Of a stretch of 61,684 nt of DNA, positions 16,970 to 29,237 are shown one piece after another. Location of the stretch: assembly GCA_045600185.1 (NCBI GenBank), contig JAZRXK010000086.1:1-61684 (forward strand), in the 5' to 3' direction. Numbering within the stretch: the stretch's first letter is position 1; every line of letters starts with the position of its first letter. This DNA comes from Desulfocucumaceae bacterium (GTDB lineage: Bacteria > Bacillota > Desulfotomaculia > Desulfotomaculales > Desulfocucumaceae). The position numbers and the translations under genes were made by a program. Under the pieces are notes generated by a model. The model was not told the origin of the DNA, searched no databases, and saw only the letters and a list, made by a program, of their open reading frames with translations.

Positions 16970-17542
16970 TTAAACAGCAGTCCAGACTGCATATAAAGTC
17001 AGACTGGCCATAAGAGCCAAATTTGCCGACAAAGCATAAGCAGTCCCGCTTCCGTCCTCTGCGGTATTCCAACCACTCAAAGTATAACCTTCATAAGTCA
17101 AGCCTTCTCCGTTTGCCAAAGTAACCCAATCACCATACAAATAAACTCTGGCATCTTCCACCGTACCACTGCCTCCGTTAGCCGCATAAGTAATCGTAAA
17201 GGCATTGGCTAAAGGCAGTGCCACTATAATTCCATCCTTAATATTTATTTCCCAGGCCTCTCCATTACCAAAAACCGGCATGGTATCGCCATAGTATTGC
17301 GACTGGGGAAAACTAACCGCAATATCTCCGGAACTTGCGGTAGTAAATTGCAAATAAGCTTGAAAAGGCAATTCCGGATAAGCAGTAATATTCAAGCTGG
17401 ACAAGTTTCTGCCTCGATATTCACTTCGATCAGCCAGAGTCAAATCTTCTCCGGAAATAATTTTAACTCTTTTCACCTTTTTTTCTCCGAGAGCATAAGA
17501 AAGAAGTCTGCTGTGCAAAACCCTCACCTCAATTCTTTCCAA
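16970..17542 (-). CDS. Phage protein with a C-terminal Listeria-Bacteroides (Flg_new / InlB B-repeat) type domain
   Basis: 190 aa. FTITYAANGGSGTVEDARVYLYGDWVTLANGEGLTYEGYTLSGWNTAEDGSGTAYALSANLALMASLTLYAVW matches the Flg_new repeat pattern. An alternative TTG start lies at 17518. Confidence 0.55.
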   Translation of the reverse strand: MERIEVRVLHSRLLSYALGEKKVKRVKIISGEDLTLADRSEYRGRNLSSLNITAYPELPFQAYLQFTTASSGDIAVSFPQSQYYGDTMPVFGNGEAWEINIKDGIIVALPLANAFTITYAANGGSGTVEDARVYLYGDWVTLANGEGLTYEGYTLSGWNTAEDGSGTAYALSANLALMASLTLYAVWTAV

Positions 17543-17733
17543 TACGCCAACTGATTTTCAGCATCCCAGGCCAAACGCCAGATGGAAACATCTGACAAAA
17601 CCAGAATTTCCGAGCCTAAAGCGTCGGTAGTCGGAACCAAAGATACTTCACTGCGGTCATCTACCTGATATTCGCTCAAAAACTTCCTTTGAGCATTAGG
17701 TTGATTGCTTACCCAGATTTTAACAACAGCCAT
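17524..17733 (-). CDS. Hypothetical small phage protein (69 aa)
   Basis: Compact ORF directly after the portal gene. No recognisable family. Confidence 0.4.
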   Translation of the reverse strand: MAVVKIWVSNQPNAQRKFLSEYQVDDRSEVSLVPTTDALGSEILVLSDVSIWRLAWDAENQLAYWKELR

Positions 17734-17751
17734 TCCATTCTCTCCTTAAAA

Positions 17752-18990
17752 TTAGTCCAATAAACTTTCCGCTGTCAAAACTTCCTTATTTTGCAAACCC
17801 CGGCGAATTTCTGCTGGGGTTAAAGCCTGCAATTCCGCATAAAGCCGCACGGTTTCGGCTCTGGATAAAGCCGCCGCTGCCCTTTCTTTTTCCAGTTGAG
17901 CAGTTTCCAATTCGCTCAGGCTCCACAAAGGATTAAATTTAAACTTTATCTGCGGTTCCTGAACTATGATCCCAATTAGATCCAGCAAACGGCGTAAATT
18001 TCCTTTCAGCATGGTTTTTTGAATTTGTTCCACATAATTATAATAATTTTCCAAATCACTTTCCCCGGTTGCATTTTGACCGGCTGGAGAACGCCCAAAT
18101 AAAACAGTTTGGGGAATATGACAAACGGCTGCCAGTAAATTGCAACTACTGTTAATAATCTCTGCTACCCCGGCAAAAGAGAAGGATTTAAAATCATAAT
18201 CTTCTCCTTCACTGTCAATGGCCACGCTGTTTAAAATCCCTCTTGCTGCATCAATAACCTGCAAGCGTTTCAAAACATTTTCTTCTCCGGATTCGGAAGC
18301 CAGAACCCTGGCCAAATCTTTCATTTTATAAACCGGCTGCACTGAGCGTTCCAAAAGCCGAACTCCCAGACTGTGAGCAATGGAAACATCTTTTAATTCA
18401 TTTTTTATGCGATCATATTCAGGAATCCCCCAATAACGAAACTGACTGTTCAAGCTTAACTCCGGCAAAACTCCATTGCGAAAAATCAGGCAGCGGCTTT
18501 GATGTACTCGAAAGCTGCTGCCATTTCGCTGAATGGTTAAAAATTCTGAATTATCCGGCCATTCCAAATTCACCTGGACGGCCGAGCGTTCAAAAACCAG
18601 CAATTCTTCCAGATTTTGCAAAGAATTTTCCTGCAAGGCGTCTTCAAGAGTGCCGCCATCTTCGGCCAAAATTAACATTAAAGAGCCACCGAAAAGTCTG
18701 GCCCATTTTAAAGCCTGACTGAATTTATTTTCCCAATCCAAATGCTCCAGAACAGCTTCAATCTTTGCTTTCTGACTATTAACAATAATTTCAAATCCAT
18801 GCCGCACTGCTTCTTCTGCGGGCAAATCAATAATTTTGGCCAATAATCCCCCGGTTTCATAATGTTGGGTCAGCTGCAAATCTGAAGTAAAAAGTTCCCC
18901 CCAATAATTATAAGCCGTGGAATTATCCTGAATTGTCCCAAAGCGATTTAAAACATTAACATAACCATCTTCCCGAAACAAGCACATCAC
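17752..18990 (-). CDS. Portal protein (DUF1073 / HI1409-like family)
   Basis: 412 aa, immediately downstream of the large terminase. The N-terminal region ...VLNRFGT..DNSTAYNY.....LTQHYETGGLLAKIIDLPAEEAVRHGFEI resembles this portal family. Confidence 0.75.
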   Translation of the reverse strand: MMCLFREDGYVNVLNRFGTIQDNSTAYNYWGELFTSDLQLTQHYETGGLLAKIIDLPAEEAVRHGFEIIVNSQKAKIEAVLEHLDWENKFSQALKWARLFGGSLMLILAEDGGTLEDALQENSLQNLEELLVFERSAVQVNLEWPDNSEFLTIQRNGSSFRVHQSRCLIFRNGVLPELSLNSQFRYWGIPEYDRIKNELKDVSIAHSLGVRLLERSVQPVYKMKDLARVLASESGEENVLKRLQVIDAARGILNSVAIDSEGEDYDFKSFSFAGVAEIINSSCNLLAAVCHIPQTVLFGRSPAGQNATGESDLENYYNYVEQIQKTMLKGNLRRLLDLIGIIVQEPQIKFKFNPLWSLSELETAQLEKERAAAALSRAETVRLYAELQALTPAEIRRGLQNKEVLTAESLLD

Positions 18991-18998
18991 TTCCCCAA

Positions 18999-20426
18999 TT
19001 AAGAAATCAGATTGGCAAAATCAAATTTCAGCCATTCGTTATAATAAATGTTCGCCTGAGTTAAGGCATCCACCTGATCATCATGGTTTCCATGCGGAAA
19101 AACCGCCAATTCTTCCACCAAATCTCCGACCCAGGCAAAGCGGGAAAAATCCGGCAAATAAACATTTCCGGCCTCCACCGCCGCCGAAACCGCCTGAGCC
19201 CTGGCTGTTTTTCCTCCGGCTGGCTGAACTGGAACAATACCGCTGATTTCATTTTTTAAAACATCAATAACTGCACTGCCATTGGCTTTATCTTCCACCA
19301 GCTTTCTGGCTGTCTGCGGCCAACGAGAACTTAACAAACGCATGGCACTCAGGGTTTCCGAAAAGCTCATTTTACCCCGCACCTGATCCAGCAGATAACG
19401 ATTAGCACCTTTTCTTGCCCAAACCTGACCTACCACAAAATCTGCGTTGGCAGTATTTTTAAAAGCACAATCCCAGGACTGGATATAATCCAGCAAATTT
19501 CCCGGCAAAGTCTGCCAATATTTCCACCAGTTCCGCTTAAACAAACCACCGGCCAAAGGCTGCGGCTTTTGCTGATATAAAGCCGACCAATCATAATAGC
19601 CAATGGTTTGCCGAATAGAAGCCAACCGCTGACAGTTAAATTTGCTTGGCCATAAAGCTTCACCCGGTTGGCGTAAATCATAAGCTTCCGGCCATTCTTC
19701 GCAAATAGCCGGCAAAGAAATCACTGTCCATTTTTCCTGATTTTCAGAACGCATCTGTTCCAAAAGCCGACCGGCCAGATCATCTTCATGCCAACGAGTC
19801 AGGGTTAGTAAAATAGCCCCCTCCCCCTCCAGCCGAGTGTAAAGGGTAGAAGTGAACCATTCCCAAAGCCTGTCCCGAAAGGCCACAGAATTGGCCTCAT
19901 CCCGGTTCTTCACCGGATCATCAATAATAATAAAATCGGCTCCCATGCCGGTAATTCCGCCTCCAACTCCGGCACAGCGATAAAAGCCCTTATGTTTGAC
20001 AATTTCAAAGAAATTGTCTTTTTTGACAAAAACTCCTTCTCCCCGACCGGAAGCCAGGCGACATGCTGGAAATAACTGTTTAAAGCTTTCTCCTTCCAGA
20101 ATCCGCCGCACATCTCTGGCCAAATAACCGGCCAATTCAGCATTATAGGAGCAGGCAATAATTCCGCTGTTTGGAAATCGTCCCAAAAGATAAGCTGGAA
20201 GTTTACGGCTGACCAGTTCAGATTTGCCATGCCGTGGAGCCGTAAAAATCATCAGCCGCCGCAAATCTCTTTCCAGCCAACGCTCCAGGTAATCACAAAT
20301 CAAACTGTGATGCCAATTCATTTGATAACTTTTGTCCACATACAAAACAAATTGCCGAAAACAACGCCGAGCCAGTTCCTGCTGCAAATAAGGCTGCAAA
20401 AATTTTTGAAGCTGTTCCTTATTCAT
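18999..20426 (-). CDS. terL: Terminase large subunit
   Basis: 475 aa. Walker A-like FTAPRHGKSE, Walker B-like IIIDDP, and a C-terminal nuclease region with HDDQVDA. The start overlaps the small-subunit stop (GGATGAATAA). Confidence 0.85.
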   Translation of the reverse strand: MNKEQLQKFLQPYLQQELARRCFRQFVLYVDKSYQMNWHHSLICDYLERWLERDLRRLMIFTAPRHGKSELVSRKLPAYLLGRFPNSGIIACSYNAELAGYLARDVRRILEGESFKQLFPACRLASGRGEGVFVKKDNFFEIVKHKGFYRCAGVGGGITGMGADFIIIDDPVKNRDEANSVAFRDRLWEWFTSTLYTRLEGEGAILLTLTRWHEDDLAGRLLEQMRSENQEKWTVISLPAICEEWPEAYDLRQPGEALWPSKFNCQRLASIRQTIGYYDWSALYQQKPQPLAGGLFKRNWWKYWQTLPGNLLDYIQSWDCAFKNTANADFVVGQVWARKGANRYLLDQVRGKMSFSETLSAMRLLSSRWPQTARKLVEDKANGSAVIDVLKNEISGIVPVQPAGGKTARAQAVSAAVEAGNVYLPDFSRFAWVGDLVEELAVFPHGNHDDQVDALTQANIYYNEWLKFDFANLIS

Positions 20427-20733
20427 CCTGAGCCAAAAGCAAGTCTTTCAATTCCTTTTGAGTCATTTTAGCCAAAGTTGCTTCAATTAAATCTTTAGCC
20501 ATATTTTCATTAGTATTCCATTTTTCCGGAGCATGGGTTTCCAGCCAAAATTTTAAGGCTGTAAAATTAGGCCCAACTTCCTTGCAGACTCGCTTTTCCT
20601 CCACTCCATCTTTCCAGACAATTTCTTCTTTTTGATAGCCAAGAGCCAATTTAAGCACAGCCCTTTCTACCAATTCTTTGGAACTTGAATCTTTGTTTGA
20701 TACATTCGCTTTTTCCGACCGGTGTTCCACCAA
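20419..20733 (-). CDS. Terminase small subunit candidate
   Basis: 104 aa, first gene of the cluster, translationally coupled to terL. The exact start is uncertain because the AGGAGG at about 20750 is 20 nt from the TTG. Confidence 0.45.
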   Translation of the reverse strand: MVEHRSEKANVSNKDSSSKELVERAVLKLALGYQKEEIVWKDGVEEKRVCKEVGPNFTALKFWLETHAPEKWNTNENMAKDLIEATLAKMTQKELKDLLLAQDE

Positions 20734-20793
20734 ATTAACTAATACTTTAATTTCCTCCTTTATCCTGATGTATTGGCAGCAATAAAATAAAAG

Positions 20794-20822
20794 AACCGCT
20801 TTCTTCTGAAAGCGGTTTTTTC
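20794..20822 (-). terminator. Rho-independent terminator of the aminotransferase gene (bidirectional shape)
   Basis: AACCGCTTTC ttct GAAAGCGGTT 10-bp stem flanked by A- and T-runs. Only about 35 nt separate it from the RBS of the first phage-derived gene. Confidence 0.65.
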
Positions 20823-20926
20823 CACTATAGTAAGCATAACAAAAAAAAATTAAATTGTAAACAGCAGTAAAATTTCAGCAAAATTTTATTTTTTCGCTGA
20901 ATAAACAATTCATTTAAAACTAAACT

Positions 20927-22102
20927 TTATTTTAGAACTCCACTTTGATCTACAACTTCAATTACTTCTTCAATAACTTCTACCGGCAGAACCAAAGCAA
21001 AGCGAACATAACCTTCTCCCAAAGCTCCAAAAGCTTTGCCGGGAGTACAGATAACCCCAGTTTGCTCCATAAGTTCTTCACAAAATTCCTGGGAAGTTTT
21101 AAACTTAGGAGGAATCTTAGCCCAAACAAACATGGTTCCTTTGGCATCAGGTACATTCCAGCCAATCTTTCTGAATCCACCGCACAGAGCATCCCGGCGA
21201 GCCTGATAATTCAGCCGCTGAACTTCCACGCCTTCCTGCGAACCTTGTAAGGCCGCAATAGCTGCATATTGAATCGGATAGAACATACCATAATCAATTT
21301 GACTTCGCAGCAGGCTCAAAGCATTCAAAACCTGTTTATTCCCCACCACAAAAGAAATTCTGGCTCCGGTCAAATTAAAGGTTTTGGACAGAGAGAAAAA
21401 CTCCACTCCCACTTCTTTGGCTCCCGGCAAAGATAAAAAAGAAATTCCTTTATGTTCATCATAAATAATTTCCGAATAAGCATTATCATGAATAATAATG
21501 AAATTATATTTTCGGGCATATTCAATCAGTTCTTTATACATGGACACCGGAGCCACCGCTCCAGTCGGATTGGAAGGATAGGAAACAATAATATATCTGG
21601 TTCTTTTTAAAACATCCTCGTCCATTTGATCCAGATGAGGCAAGAAGTTATTTTCCTCCAACAGAGGATAATAAACAATTTCGGCCTGCCCCAAATAGGA
21701 ACCAACTTCAAAAATAGGATAGCCTGGATCAGGCAGAAGGACTATATCTCCCGGATTGCACAAACATAAACCAATATGAGCCATACCTTCCTGAGAACCA
21801 TAAATAGACATAACTTCATCCGGCTCAATGCTTGCTTTAAAATGTTTTTGATAATAATCTGCCACTGCCTGTTTTAATTCCGGCAGATCCCGCAAAGAGT
21901 ACTTATAATTATCCGGATTTTTCGCTGCTTCAGATAAAGCCTGCATAACATGTTCTGCCGGCTTAAAATCAGGCGTACCCACCGACAAATTATAAACTTT
22001 CCGACCAGCTTTGAGCAAAGCTTCTTTTTTTATATCCAGGGAAGCAAAAATGCCCGTTTCATAACGATTCAAGCGTTCGGCTGCTTTAATATCCATACTC
22101 AA
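20927..22102 (-). CDS. Class I/II PLP-dependent aminotransferase (AspC/AlaT/DapL-like)
   Basis: 391 aa. Contains NLSVGTPDF and the PLP-lysine context FSLSKTFNLTGARISF. Confidence 0.85.
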   Translation of the reverse strand: MSMDIKAAERLNRYETGIFASLDIKKEALLKAGRKVYNLSVGTPDFKPAEHVMQALSEAAKNPDNYKYSLRDLPELKQAVADYYQKHFKASIEPDEVMSIYGSQEGMAHIGLCLCNPGDIVLLPDPGYPIFEVGSYLGQAEIVYYPLLEENNFLPHLDQMDEDVLKRTRYIIVSYPSNPTGAVAPVSMYKELIEYARKYNFIIIHDNAYSEIIYDEHKGISFLSLPGAKEVGVEFFSLSKTFNLTGARISFVVGNKQVLNALSLLRSQIDYGMFYPIQYAAIAALQGSQEGVEVQRLNYQARRDALCGGFRKIGWNVPDAKGTMFVWAKIPPKFKTSQEFCEELMEQTGVICTPGKAFGALGEGYVRFALVLPVEVIEEVIEVVDQSGVLK

Positions 22103-22232
22103 ATCCGCTCACTTTCTTAAAAATAATGGCTTTATGATATTCGTCATAAAAATGTGAAGTCCTCTTTAAGCAAATCTGTCTTTACTTTTCAGGCTGACTG
22201 CCAAAACTGATTTCCTAATTTTACAGTTAGGA

Positions 22233-22520
22233 TCAGTCCTTTGCAATTCGGCCAGAGCTGTCCACTTTAAGCATTGCCAAATTTCCCTGAGAACCAATTT
22301 GCAGGCAGGTTTGTCCATCGGAAAAAAATTCCACTTCCGCTATTTTTACCTGATTAAGATTAAAAATAAATATTTTTCCTGATTGTTCGCTTACTACCTG
22401 ACTATTACCTTGTCCGCCATATTTATTAAAACTAATTAGAAAACCAAAAGTAAAGCCAAAAGCCAGAACAACCAGCAAAACAAAAATTAAAAAAAATTTT
22501 TTTCCAGCCAAATTATTCAT
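22233..22520 (-). CDS. Small membrane-anchored hypothetical protein (95 aa)
   Basis: Single N-terminal TM segment (FFLIFVLLVVLAFGFTFGFLISF). Confidence 0.45.
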   Translation of the reverse strand: MNNLAGKKFFLIFVLLVVLAFGFTFGFLISFNKYGGQGNSQVVSEQSGKIFIFNLNQVKIAEVEFFSDGQTCLQIGSQGNLAMLKVDSSGRIAKD

Positions 22521-22628
22521 CTCTTATCCTCCGTTTCCTGGATTCTCAGCTTATATTTTTTAATCGGCAGGAAATCCATTTGCTTATGTTTAAGTTATAA
22601 AGTTATTAAAAATATTGGAGGTTATAAT

Positions 22629-23888
22629 TTGCTTCAAAAACATTATTTAGACAATGGAATAACTTTATTAAGCGAAGATATTTCTCAAATTCGTTCGGTT
22701 TCTTTGGGCATCTGGATCAAGGCCGGTTCCATAGACGAAGATTATTCAATTAACGGAATTTCTCATTTTATTGAACATCTGACTTTTAAAGGTACTGCCC
22801 AACGCACCGCCCGCCAAATAGCCGAAATCTTTGACAATACAGGAGGCGTTGTCAACGCTTTTACCTCCAAAGAATATACCTGTTATTATGCCAAAGTTTT
22901 AGATGAACATTTTCCCCTGGCTCTGGAGCTTCTGACGGATATGATTTTTTTCTCTCTTATGGACAGCCAGGAAATTGACCGGGAACGCAATGTAATTCTG
23001 GAAGAAATCAAAATGTACGAAGACACTCCCGAAGAAGTAGCTGAAGACCTGTTTTGTTCGGCCTTATGGCCTGATCACCCTTTAGGAATGCCGGTTATCG
23101 GTCGGGAAGAAGTCATTACCCAAATTAAGCGGGAAGAAATTTTGGCTTATCGGCAAAAGCACTACCAAAACTCACAAATCATAGTTTCCGTTTGCGGCCA
23201 TATTGATCACCAAAAGGTGAAAGAACTGGTGGAAAAAATTTTTACTTTGCCAGCAGGTTCTCCCATATCCCGAACTTGTCCGCCTTTCAATTTCAATCCC
23301 CAGATTGTCTGCCGAGAAAAAGATATTGAGCAGATTCATCTTTATCTGGGCAAACAGGGATTTTCCTTGCAGGACGAAAAGAAGCTGCATGCCGTTAATC
23401 TTCTCAATATTATTTTAGGCGGAGGAATCAGTTCCCGTCTTTTCCAGGAAGTCCGGGAACAAAAAGGTCTGGTTTATTCCATTTATTCCTCACATCAAAC
23501 CATGAAGGACACTGGAATGTTTTATATTTATCTGGCTTTATCCCCGGCAAATTTATTGCAGGCAATGCAAATCACCCTAAACATTTTGGATCAAATCCGC
23601 CAAAAGGGAGTTACCGCCGAAGAATTACAAAGAGCTAAAGAAAAAGACAAAGGTTCTCTTTTGTTGAGCCTGGAAAACATTACTGCCCGCATGAGTCGGG
23701 CAAGCAAACAGGAAATATATCTAGGCAGACAAATTTCCATAGAAGAATCTGTGGCTGAAATAGAAAAAATCACCCTGGAAGAAATAGCCGAAACAGCTTC
23801 TCAATTATTGGACTACCATAATTTTACTGCGGTTACGGTGGGCAAATGGAATAACCCGGATCCTTTAAACCAATTACTCCGCAATTAA
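22629..23888 (+). CDS. M16-family zinc peptidase (insulinase-like, YmxG/MlpA type)
   Basis: 419 aa. HxxEH zinc motif in GISHFIEHLTFKGT. TTG start 7 nt after TTGGAGG. Confidence 0.85.
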   Translation: MLQKHYLDNGITLLSEDISQIRSVSLGIWIKAGSIDEDYSINGISHFIEHLTFKGTAQRTARQIAEIFDNTGGVVNAFTSKEYTCYYAKVLDEHFPLALELLTDMIFFSLMDSQEIDRERNVILEEIKMYEDTPEEVAEDLFCSALWPDHPLGMPVIGREEVITQIKREEILAYRQKHYQNSQIIVSVCGHIDHQKVKELVEKIFTLPAGSPISRTCPPFNFNPQIVCREKDIEQIHLYLGKQGFSLQDEKKLHAVNLLNIILGGGISSRLFQEVREQKGLVYSIYSSHQTMKDTGMFYIYLALSPANLLQAMQITLNILDQIRQKGVTAEELQRAKEKDKGSLLLSLENITARMSRASKQEIYLGRQISIEESVAEIEKITLEEIAETASQLLDYHNFTAVTVGKWNNPDPLNQLLRN

Positions 23889-23937
23889 AAGCATAAATCA
23901 GCCTTCGATTGATTAAGATTAACAAGGAGGCGATTAA

Positions 23938-24276
23938 ATGCTGCCGGAATTTTTGGGTACCATCATTTTGCTTGGAGTCTATTTGGCTTTTCTCAAAAGA
24001 AGTTTGGAAAGAAATTTCCGTCAAATGCAGCAAAATCCGGAAATAAAATCCAGTCGATTTTCCCTGTTTTTAAGTGATCTTCTGGCCAGTGCCGGAGGAA
24101 TTTATTTAACTCTGGTTATGCTTTGTTCCTTTCTAAGCATAGAAATCCCGGAAACCATGTTTTGGCAGCAATTAAAGTTTAATCCTTTGGCTGCTTTTTC
24201 CGTTCTTATGGCTTTACTACAACCTTTGATTATCAATTTATATCTTAAAATATTCTTAAACAAAAAAGGTTATTAG
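23938..24276 (+). CDS. Small integral membrane protein (112 aa)
   Basis: Three hydrophobic segments. GGAGG RBS upstream of the ATG. Confidence 0.45.
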   Translation: MLPEFLGTIILLGVYLAFLKRSLERNFRQMQQNPEIKSSRFSLFLSDLLASAGGIYLTLVMLCSFLSIEIPETMFWQQLKFNPLAAFSVLMALLQPLIINLYLKIFLNKKGY

Positions 24277-24308
24277 GCTTGGGATAAATCCTCAGCATAA
24301 TAACCTTT
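24265..24308. terminator. Bidirectional terminator hairpin between convergent genes
   Basis: 11-bp stem AAAGGTTATTA / TAATAACCTTT with T-runs on both strands. It lies between the 23938-24276 (+) gene and atpC (-). Confidence 0.4.
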
Positions 24309-24311
24309 CTT

Positions 24312-24713
24312 TTATTGTAAAGCTTTTAGTCTGTTTAAAGCCCTTTTCAGTGCTTCTTCAGCACGAGCCAGATCTAAATCAGAGGTTTTGCTGGCCAATC
24401 TTTTTTCCGCTCTTTCTTTAGCTTTTTCAGCCCGCTGCCGATCAATATCTTCGGCTCTTTCGGCAGAATCAGCCAGGACAGTTACCTTGTTGTTGCGAAT
24501 TTCTACAAATCCTCCGGTAATTGCTACCTTATAAGTTTTACCGTCCTGCTCAAACCGCACAATACCGATTTTTAAAGCACTCATCAAGGGAGTGTGTTCA
24601 GGCAAAATACCCAACTCACCCATTACGCCAGGCACAACTACGAAGCGGATATCTTCACTAAAAAGCTTCTTGGCAGGCGTAACGATTTCCAGACGCTGTA
24701 ATTTATCTGCCAT
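24312..24713 (-). CDS. atpC: F1 ATP synthase epsilon subunit
   Basis: MADKLQRLEIVTPAK... is typical of epsilon, and this is the last gene of the atp operon. ATG 24713 lies 9 nt after GGAAGTGG. Confidence 0.9.
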   Translation of the reverse strand: MADKLQRLEIVTPAKKLFSEDIRFVVVPGVMGELGILPEHTPLMSALKIGIVRFEQDGKTYKVAITGGFVEIRNNKVTVLADSAERAEDIDRQRAEKAKERAEKRLASKTSDLDLARAEEALKRALNRLKALQ

Positions 24714-24742
24714 GACAATCATCCACTTCCCTGCTGTATTTT

Positions 24743-26215
<1,473 letters not shown>

Positions 26216-27070
26216 TTATTCTAAAGCAGCAGCCCCGCCCACAATTTCAGTAATTTCTCTGGTAATAGCATCCTGACGGATACGGTTCATAGTTAAAGTA
26301 AATTTATCAATCATTTCCGCCGCGTTCTTCGTAGCATTATCCATAGCCGTCATTCTGGCACTATGTTCCCCGGCTTTGGATTCCAGCAAGCCTTGAAATA
26401 CGGTATTGATTACATATTTAGGCAGCAAAGCTCCCATAACCTCTTCCGCTGAAGGTTCATAAATATATTCAACGGTAATAGTATTTTCTTCTTTGGCTTC
26501 CGGAGGTTCAGCCGGCAAAAGCTTGATAGTAACCGGACTTTGACTCAAAACATTGATAAATTCGCTGTATACCACATAAACAGCATCAAATTCACCTTCG
26601 GAATACTGCCGGATAATATATTCTCCGATTTCTTTGGCTTGAGCCGGATGGACTTCTTCTCCCAGTCCAACATAGTTCTGCACTACATTGTATCCCCGGC
26701 GGCGGAAATAATCCAGACTTTTCCGGCCAATGCAAATCAACAGAGGATCTTTAAATCCTTCCAGTTCATGCGTAGCCCGACGCAAAACATTGGAATTAAA
26801 AGCTCCGCACAGACCCCGGTCGGCCGTAATTACCACAAAAGCTACTTTTTTCGGTTCCCGTACTTCCAGCAAAGAATGCTTGACTCCCTTGGAAGCCATA
26901 CCAACTCGTCCCAAAACATCAATCAGGCGTTTGGCATAAGGCCGAGCCGCGACAACATCATCCTGAGCCCGCCGCATTTTGGCCGCAGAAACCGCTTTCA
27001 TAGCTTTGGTAATTTGCTGGGTATTTTTAATACTTTTAATCCGGCGACGCAAATCTCGGATACTCGCCAT
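26216..27070 (-). CDS. atpG: F1 ATP synthase gamma subunit
   Basis: 284 aa. The N-terminus [35 protein letters not shown] is diagnostic. Confidence 0.95.
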   Translation of the reverse strand: MASIRDLRRRIKSIKNTQQITKAMKAVSAAKMRRAQDDVVAARPYAKRLIDVLGRVGMASKGVKHSLLEVREPKKVAFVVITADRGLCGAFNSNVLRRATHELEGFKDPLLICIGRKSLDYFRRRGYNVVQNYVGLGEEVHPAQAKEIGEYIIRQYSEGEFDAVYVVYSEFINVLSQSPVTIKLLPAEPPEAKEENTITVEYIYEPSAEEVMGALLPKYVINTVFQGLLESKAGEHSARMTAMDNATKNAAEMIDKFTLTMNRIRQDAITREITEIVGGAAALE

Positions 27071-27116
27071 TTATTTTTTCACCACCTTGCCTTTCATTCA
27101 TTTAAAAACGGAAATC

Positions 27117-28676
<1,560 letters not shown>

Positions 28677-28697
28677 TTAGAAGCTGAAGCAAAACAA

Positions 28698-29237
28698 CTA
28701 ATTTTGTCTTAAGTATTCTCTCATCGCTGCAAATCTGGTTTTAAGACTTCCGTCAATAACCCGGTCGCCGATTTTGACAACAATGCCGCCCAGTAAAGCG
28801 GGATCGACTGCAAACTGAGTCACCATATCTCTGCCGGTCACTTTAGTCAAAACCTTTTTCAAGTCAGCTTTTTCCGCATCGGAAAGCTGTACAGCAGATG
28901 AAATTTCCGCCGCCAAAATATTGCGGTCTTCATTGGCTTTAAAAACGAAAGCATCTACAATATCCCCAAGATATTGTTCTCTTTGTTTATCCACCAATAA
29001 TTGCAGGAAGGAAAAAGTTACATTTGTAATATTTTCCTTAAAAAGAGTTGTCAGCAATTCTTTTTTTTCTTCGGCAGTAATGCGGGGATGATAAAGGATT
29101 TTCTGCAAATCCCGATCCTGTTCCACAATTTCCTTGATTACCACCAGTTCCTGTTCCATTTCTTCAGCTTTGCCCAGGCTTTTGGCCAAATCGTATAAAG
29201 CCTCAGCATAACGTTCTCCAATTGCGCCTTTTAGCAT
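28698..29237 (-). CDS. atpH: F1 ATP synthase delta (OSCP) subunit
   Basis: 179 aa. The N-terminus ...IGERYAEALYDLA... is typical of OSCP/delta. Position is between atpF and atpA. Confidence 0.9.
   Translation of the reverse strand: MLKGAIGERYAEALYDLAKSLGKAEEMEQELVVIKEIVEQDRDLQKILYHPRITAEEKKELLTTLFKENITNVTFSFLQLLVDKQREQYLGDIVDAFVFKANEDRNILAAEISSAVQLSDAEKADLKKVLTKVTGRDMVTQFAVDPALLGGIVVKIGDRVIDGSLKTRFAAMREYLRQN

Larger units (their letters stand above)
247..20733 (-). mobile_element. Phage-derived head + contractile-tail structural gene cluster (Mu/PBSX-like myovirus morphogenesis module); prophage remnant or domesticated GTA/tailocin-like element
   Basis: About 38 co-directional ORFs with overlapping or near-abutting stops and starts, in canonical order: terminase, portal, protease/scaffold, capsid, connectors, sheath, tube, chaperone with -1 frameshift, tape measure, baseplate, fibres. 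No integrase, repressor, replication or lysis genes are seen. Confidence 0.85.

Noticed and set aside
20734-20826. Attachment-site direct repeats flanking the phage-derived cluster
   Set aside because: Comparing the junction regions 200-250 and 20734-20830 by eye showed no shared core sequence. A proper alignment is still needed.
22233-22520. Possible holin for the phage-derived cluster
   Set aside because: It has a single N-terminal TM anchor only. It lies outside the cluster, separated from it by the aminotransferase gene and a terminator, and no adjacent endolysin is present.
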